Shown piece after piece: positions 56,992 through 64,000 of a stretch of 64,000 bases of DNA; positions within the stretch are counted from its first letter, which is position 1, and each line of letters opens with the position of its first letter. This DNA comes from Phallusia mammillata (lineage: Eukaryota), in assembly GCA_965637545.1 (NCBI GenBank), contig OZ281498.1, forward strand, positions 19,778,001-19,842,000. Direction: 5' to 3'. Below the pieces are notes generated by a model that ran no database searches, was not told the DNA's origin, and saw nothing but the letters and a program-made list of their open reading frames with translations. Both the position numbers and the translations under genes were made by a program.

Positions 56992-57880
56992 GTTATATTG
57001 GCTACAGTAATATGCTATGGTTTGCCTAAATCCCAAAGAAGCGCGTCTATTGTAGTATTTGTTTTTCTAATTTATATAGGTTGGTGTTTTTCTTGCATTA
57101 ACGCGCTGCAGCTACACCGTGTTATAAAGCCTTATGTAACTGCTGGGGCTCACAAGAAAGTGAGGTTGGCGCATTGTGGGTAAACACGACTGGGGATAGA
57201 ACGTTGGCGGGATAAGTCAAAACTAACTACCTGTGTTAGAAAAGAGTGATTAAATCTACCCTGTAAGGTCAACATATGTAGAATTTAAAGCATTTATTGC
57301 AAGGCAAATAGCAGCAGGATTTGAAACCACGCCTACAAATATCACAATAGGTGGAAACCTGTGCAGTCCAACTTCACCAATGCAAGGAAATAAGCAAGTT
57401 TCCTCGAACCAGTAAGGGATGTTACTGTTTTGGTGGAACACGACTGTACCATACGGAACGCAAATTCTACTTCCCAGGGCTTATTTAAACAAATAGCGGA
57501 ACTATTCGTTAAATCGATAATTTCCACATGCGATTAGAACGCTGCTTAGCGGTTTGTAGATATGCTTTAGCCTTCGTTTTATACGATGGTAGTTTTGTAA
57601 ATGATTAGCCTGATTCACCAACGGCTGCCAGTGTCCACCGAGTTTGGATAAGAAATCTACAAACTTGACGCAATTAAGTGTCTTCCAGACCTATAATATA
57701 AAATTCCTGTGTCTTTATAAAAAACAAACATCTTTTATGTCAGTCGTAAATAAATATCAAGTGAACCTTTATCACTACATGGCCTTCAGTACATACGTTG
57801 ATATGTAGGTTATTTGCAAAGCTGTGTGCATTTGTATCTACGTCGTAATGTAGAGTTTTTGACATTTTAATCCTTTTGTT

Positions 57881-58129
57881 CAGTGGTTCCCAATAGGGGA
57901 GGAATTCCACCCAATAGACGAAGTTTGAAACTTCAGGGGAGAAATTGCATAAATGTTTTGATGTGGTTTTAAAATAGACACTTTAGCTCTAGGAATCCGA
58001 CTTGTAAAGTTGATGAAATAATTTCAAATGATCTTTGTATGGTTTATCACCTACTATGTAGTCTTTAGGAAAAGAATAAAAATGTTTTGAATTGTTAAGG
58101 GGGGATTTGCAAAAGGTTGGGAACCACTG
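57881..58129. mobile_element. Charlie-like hAT MITE
   Basis: TIR CAGTGGTTCCCAA / TTGGGAACCACTG; flanks CTTTTGTT/ATTTAGTT (6/8); homologous to 43357-43588. Confidence 0.8.
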
Positions 58130-59148
58130 ATTTAGTTAAATAGGCCAAGATTGTATGTTTTCACCTATTATGTCGTAACAATGATCAGACGCCGCACTCT
58201 TATCGTTAAATTAAACAAGTTTACGATTTTGACCATTAGCGGGGTACGCTCGTTTAGTAAACTTGTCATTTCTTTGTTATTGTAGAATCAACAAATAAAG
58301 ATATGGACCAAACACCCATTCGGGAGTTCCAATGGTAAAGAATAAAAAATGGCAATAAAGTTAATTTACACAACTCGTGTATTGTCTTTAGCAAATCAAG
58401 AACAGTTGATAGTTGTTACAGGTTTATTTCGTATAGCACGTTGCCTACCGTACAAAAATAGATATGTGAATGTGTAAGAATGCAAACGAAAAGCAATCGG
58501 TATAAAAATACTTACACGCGGTCTACAGTGATTTCAAACACACATGAAAATATAGCGAGCATTTTGCATGCACTTGTGTCTTTGGCACAAATAACTTGTT
58601 AAAAAAGGAACAAAAATCGCTTTAAAATCGTTAATTCCGCTTAAATCAGGACTTTTTTTACTCTAACCAACAAATGTAAACAATTGTTTAAATAAGTTTT
58701 TGGCATACATACAAAAGTCGTATATTCCCCGATCTCTTTTCGTTTTTAAAAATAGTCCAAAATATTGTATCTTTCACGTAACTAAAGTCACAATGAAAAT
58801 GCTTAATATCACAACTGTAAGAGAAAGCGTTGCGTTTTACGTTTTTTTCAACCTCTCAATGCAATCCATAGGCATAAACATTTTTAGTTTTGTTTAGACA
58901 AATGGACGGAAAGTAGATCTCACATTCAGGATGATAAAACAAAAAAGGTTGTCATGGGTCAAAATCATTGGATTGTTAATATTTCTTTGTTCGATTTCAG
59001 CTCAGGGTATAAATACACTGTTCATCAAACGTTTTCAAAAGTTTTGCGTTACATTTGCCTAGTAGTGTTTTCGGTAATCTGAGAGTTTTTTTTTTCTCTC
59101 AAATAAGTCAAATAAGCAATATTCAATTAAAATTACAAGAAGTTAGAG

Positions 59149-59493
59149 TACTGCTTCTCAACTCTAAATCCGTTGACTCAAATTACGAAATGTTAAACTA
59201 AGGCAATAATGGTCCGGACCTCAATCGGTTGAAAACACCAAGGTAGAGCATAAGAGAAGTATTTCGCGATTCCCGTAAATTTGCTTTTACTTTAAAACAT
59301 TGGTTGTCAAACTTTTTTATTGCCAGGACCAAATGGTAGTTTTTTAAGTGTGTAGAAAGCCGCAAAAACGAAATCTTGAGAAAATCACTAAAGATTATTA
59401 CCTTGAAAGCTGAAATAGCAATCTTTGGTGGTTTTCTTAGGTTTGGTGGGAGCCGCAAAATAAGTAGTTGGGAGCCGCGTTTAAGAATCACTG
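59149..59493. mobile_element. Degenerate hAT MITE
   Basis: Right end GGGAGCCGCGTTTAAGAATCACTG, degenerate left end TACTGCTTCTCAAC; no TSD. Confidence 0.45.
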
Positions 59494-59686
59494 CTTAAAA
59501 ACGAACCAAGACTCCACAAAGACCAACAGTAAGTAACACAAAATAATAAAAAATGTTCAAATATAGGGAAAAAGTCAAACTCTACCTTAACAGAGTCTAA
59601 AAAACGGAACTGACGAATAAAAACAAAATAATAATAAAATATACGATACTTCAGTAAATGCACAGCAAAACCTACACACCGTGACG

Positions 59687-62600
59687 TCACACTTCAGAGG
59701 AGTGGTCGTAGGCGTGGTTCTCGGTCCCGCCCACTTCCCGTAACTTTCTATTGACCAATTCCAACATCGGTATCTCTTCACTTCTTTCCTCACTGGGAAC
59801 GGTTACCAGCACTTTTGGAGCGCGTCCACGACTAGAACTTCGATTTCGTCGGGACTTGGACTTTTTCGCCTTGGTCGCTGTTGACGTCATAATGGGAGCG
59901 AGTGACGTAGGCAAAGGCCCGCGCGAACCTCTGACGTCATCGTCACGGTTGAATTCCGGGCCGCCGATTACGGTTTTCGAGAGCAAGCTGTCGTTTTCGG
60001 CTAACTTACTTTTGACCGCCTCGAGGACCCCCATTCTAGGGCGCACAGTGGGGTAAGCATCGGGGTCATCCTCAGTGGGGGGTTCTGGTGGGGGATGGTA
60101 GACCTCTGCTTGGACTGACGTCATTTGTGGTTGAATATCAGATTCGAATGTAACTTTTTGTCGAGGGCTGGAGCTACGGCTGCCTTTTTGCACAGTGGCA
60201 TATACATCTTCCGTTTTTGTTTCTAGATGTTTTAAATATCGCAACATAACTTTTTTTTTTTAATTTAAGTTATTTGTTAATTTGTTTTCACTTTTTTTTT
60301 CTCACTCCCAATTTTTTTAAATTAAATTCTCTCAATAAAACTACGGTTAAAAGTTTTTCAGATTTTTTAAACTCTAATATGTAGTTAATTTTTTAACAAA
60401 CCTTCTATCTCTTCGACAACAATCTCCTTTGGTTTGGTTTCCAATTGACTTGAAGATATCACCGGTAGTGGGCGCGCCGGAAACGTAGCTTGACGGGGAC
60501 TCCGTTTGCGAGTTCGACTTCGAGGAACAGGGGTGGTATCCGCGGCAGATCGGGTTTGTGGTTGCGGCGTATCGTCCTCGCGTGACCCAATGTCGGGTTG
60601 AGGTGCGGTGTCCGAAGATTTTATTGCCGAAGACCGGTTTTGGCGCCGTCGTTGTCTTGAACTGCAAGAATCGTACAAAATGGGTTTACAACGTTTTAAT
60701 AAATTGGCTCCAAAACCGGAAAACAGTGTTTGGTGCATTTGGCAAATATTGTATTTTTCACACAGATTGAGTTTTACCTGATGCTGGTAGAGGCGCTCGG
60801 TTTTTCCTGTTCGCCGTCCGACTCGCTGTGAGAATAAAACTGCAATTTTCCGTCCAACATTTTCAGCGCGTGAATCTGAATGAAAAACCCTATGTTGTAC
60901 ATACACTACTAATGAAGAATATAATGGCCGCAGTAAACTAAAAAACCTTTTTATTAGGAGTATTAGACGTTTCTGTAAATGCTCATGCCATTGGCGGCGA
61001 TACAAGTCTACGGCTAATGTCATTTTTATTGAACTTTTAAACAGATCCATGTATAGTTTTTCAAAAGCCACTATTTATAATACTTTGGGTTAGTTACGAA
61101 GCACAAATACTATGATTGTTAATATGCGGCAATTGGGTACACTTTATGAATACAAAAATATAAATTTCGATTTGCTTTTTCCAACAAAAAGAAATCTTCA
61201 ATTGTTTTTGCTGAGGTCCAATTTTCACATAAGTTTGAAAAAGGGCCATCTAGATATCTTTAGTTTGGATTCAAGCTACTGTTGTCGCCTACCTACAGTC
61301 TTGTAGAAGTTTCACCAACATAGTCTTATTTTACACAAGTCCACATACCGATTTATTGCCGACGTCGCTCGCTGAGCTCATTGGACGTTGTTCCGGAACA
61401 CCAAACATCACTTCCGGTTGTTGATCACGTGTTTCCAACTTTGATGCGACAGATTCGTTATCTGAGTGACATGAAAACATTGGAGTCAAAAATACAAGTC
61501 AGTATTGTCATTTTTTTTATTCACCTCATTTTTATTTAAAGTTATTATGAGACAAAACTAGATTGAAACCTAAAAGGAATCAGAAGCAATAATCTAGGCC
61601 AGAGTTCTTCAACCTGCGTGCACCACAACAGCTACAGGAGTGCATGGCATCTCAAAAATGTATAAATGTAAGTAATTGACACCGTGTGACAACTAAGTTT
61701 TTGAAAAACATCAATTTACATTTGTTTTTCAATTTGCAAGTTGAACATTTTCATTACACACCTGTAAAACGGTCAAAAAGACCCTTGAGCAGCACCAGTT
61801 ATAACGAGTACAAGCGATAAAAAAAGCAAAAAAAGCACTGGCCAATAAGGAACTCCAAATTTCAAAGGTGCAAACACTTAATAAGGTGTTAGAATTGTAC
61901 TTGGCCGTCTTACCATCCAATGCAACGTAGTTACTGGGGAAATAGCCTTGTCTTCCATCACTCAACCTCTCACCGAACCACCAACTCTCCCCGTCTTTGT
62001 ATAACACCTTTATGACGTCACCACGATACATTGTGAGGTCATCAGAACGACTCGCCTGGTAGTCGTAAAGGGCGACCACCTGTCAATTAAAACAACGTAG
62101 CATTAAATACATGCTGTTACCCACAGAACGCTATTTGAAATCGGATTTTTTACCGTTTGTTCTTCTCTGATAGGTGTGGCGGTTGTGACCTGAAGTGACC
62201 TCCTGCCCTGGTCGTCAACGGCAACCGACACGTCAGGGCCGACTCCTGTGCGGTAGGGACTTCCACCGACTAGAAAAGAATAGCAGTATACAACCCGCTT
62301 AATAGTATAGAGATATTACAAAACTAGAGACAAAGAAAGACAAGAAAGGGGCCCTAACTTTTACCACAAGCCTTAAAGTAGACTGTCCGAAAAACTGACT
62401 ACCATGCAATAACATTCAAACCATATTGATAGTCAGTAGGTCATCACTCATCACAATGGACAAGATATAGTCATAAAACGCAGCAAGCAAATCTTCAATT
62501 ACAAAGTGCTCTACAGGCTATGTATATTGCAGAAATTGTAGTTGGGGTCGGGCGTAACCAGCGGACCTTACTTGTAAATTATAGCCAAACTAGTTTCAAA

Positions 62601-63432
62601 AGACTGGAGTGCCATTGCCTGGCTTTACTAGCTATTACATATCTTGTCACAAAGTGCACTTATGGTGCCATATAGGTCAAAACAGAGTGCATTGTCTGCA
62701 GCTAACTTATCATGGTTAAATTGTCTGGGAAAATGGAGAAACAACATACCTGCTGTAAATGTAGGTCGCCACCCCTGGTTGACTTCAGCCTTGGGTTGGT
62801 TGGCCGCTAGATGGCGCGCAATCGCCCGTGCTTCAGGGCTTGCGTGCGGCGAAAGGTAAGCAGGCTCCAGACTGGAACCCTACAAAAACAGTAACAAAGA
62901 TTAACGATTTAGTTGGTCGAAAATATTACTGTAGCAAATACATCATATTGCAAACGTTTTAACAACGTTATGTACTTCCCTACATACAAGTTGTCAGACA
63001 AAGGTTTTCAGTTATAAGCTGTTGCTGCCAGGCATAATATCAACCATACAGCAACACACACCTGCTCAAAGTTTAGAGGCCCAATCATTCATTATCGCAC
63101 AGTGTTTTCATCGCATTATGACACGTTTGTGCCTAATTATTTTCCTTTGTTTATCGTGCACTGTACTCCGCGCATTCAGTATTATTTACCCTGATGAAGG
63201 CGATCTGTATAGGACGTTGAAACGTCGGCACAAAAATACAAATGCCAAAAAAGCAAGAATACTTAGATTGCATGTTTACCAGCGTGCTGTCAAAAGTTGA
63301 TCCCCAAGTCAAGTTGCTGTCGTTGACACTGTATGGATCTTGGGTGCTGTAACGATTGGGGGCCAAATACGAACCCCCAGGGGTTGGAGACAGGGTCCGA
63401 AGTGGGGCTGGACCCCGTGGAGACGATAAGGT
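59687..63432 (-). CDS. AHI1: Jouberin (AHI1), 3' part with SH3 domain and long low-complexity tail; 5' exons beyond the window
   Basis: Phase-consistent exons 63432-63280, 62879-62750, 62269-62154, 62079-61914, 61461-61349, 60875-60778, 60661-60402, 60222-59687. SH3 [47 protein letters not shown] resembles the AHI1 SH3 (ALYDY.A.RSD.LT..RGD.I.V..KD...WW.G). WD40 repeats are not in the window. Confidence 0.8.
63187..63230 (+). ncRNA. Minimal type I hammerhead ribozyme in an AHI1 intron, antisense to the gene
   Basis: UACC-CUGAUGA-A-GGCGAUC(UGUAUAG)GACGUU-GAAA-C-GUC-GGCA: intact core, GUC triplet, stem I 3 of 4 bp; preceded by a T-rich Penelope-LTR-like stretch. Confidence 0.75.
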
Positions 63433-64000
63433 CTAAAAATGAAAAAAGTTATTTTCGTTTGTTAGAAGGATGGATATAGAAGCCTATGTTTATGCATGCA
63501 GGAAATTAGAAAAAGTAAGGATAAAAATAAAAAAATAATAAAAAACTTGGATTTAATGCAAATTAATAAAAATTCTAAGACAAATAACATTCACCAGTTT
63601 AGTTTTGTCCATATTTTAATGTTTTAAATTTAACATGACATAAGCAGAAAAAAATGAGGCCAATGTGTTAACAGCATAGAATTACAGACGAATCCGGTTA
63701 ATTGCATACCCAATTTCCCAGGCTGTTTTATTTAATAAACTGGATTTATATTAATCAAAATTTTTTCGAGGATATGGGATACAGTTTTACAACCACTATG
63801 CAAGTAAACGGAATATGCTATTACCCGGATATGTCCGTACATGAATTCGCTTTTATAAATAGAAACATGCTGAGGAAAAAGTGAAGATTATCAAAGCTTT
63901 AAGATGGCGAAGGTGTCAATGATAATTGAAAGGGTTAAAGTGTAGAAGATATAAAGACACAACTTGGCCTGTTTCACGTGGCTTTGAACTAACGTCTATA

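Noticed and set aside
60374-61071. 228-aa and 97-aa track ORFs as independent genes
   Set aside because: Explained by AHI1 exons 60875-60778 (different frame) and 60661-60402 plus intron read-through.
62804-62817. CTCF-like motif CCGCTAGATGGCGC
   Set aside because: Lies inside a coding exon (ARHLAA on the minus strand); one match is not evidence of binding.
63702-63884. 60-aa plus-strand ORF near the right edge
   Set aside because: Non-ATG start, no consistent splice partners and no recognisable motif.

Overview
AT-rich, intron-dense animal genomic DNA. An invertebrate chordate such as an ascidian is my inference from chordate-like proteins and a WSC-like secreted protein; the taxon cannot be verified here. 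Hand-spliced gene models with consistent GT-AG phases give four minus-strand genes: AIFM2/FSP1 (5' part, runs off the left edge), a complete TAO kinase, a complete atypical calpain, and the 3' part of AHI1/jouberin. On the plus strand there is a secreted tandem WSC-like protein and a candidate 43-aa spliced microprotein. Introns and intergenic DNA carry many hAT-type MITEs (several with exact 8-bp target-site duplications), a Mutator-like foldback element, a six-copy tRNA-related repeat, a Penelope-like retroelement remnant and several minimal (dimer-type) hammerhead ribozymes. Highlights: (1) the TAO kinase frame reads through a splice donor into a 719-codon tail with acidic, basic and membrane-spanning segments, at the junction where vertebrate TAOK2 makes its ER-membrane isoform; (2) a foldback MITE places two perfect Maf/NRF2-type elements just upstream of the putative FSP1 promoter; (3) this FSP1 appears to start with a hydrophobic anchor instead of a myristoylation site; (4) the calpain looks myristoylated and lacks both EF-hand and C2 domains. 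Coordinates were read by eye; comparisons with vertebrate proteins are from memory and need alignment.
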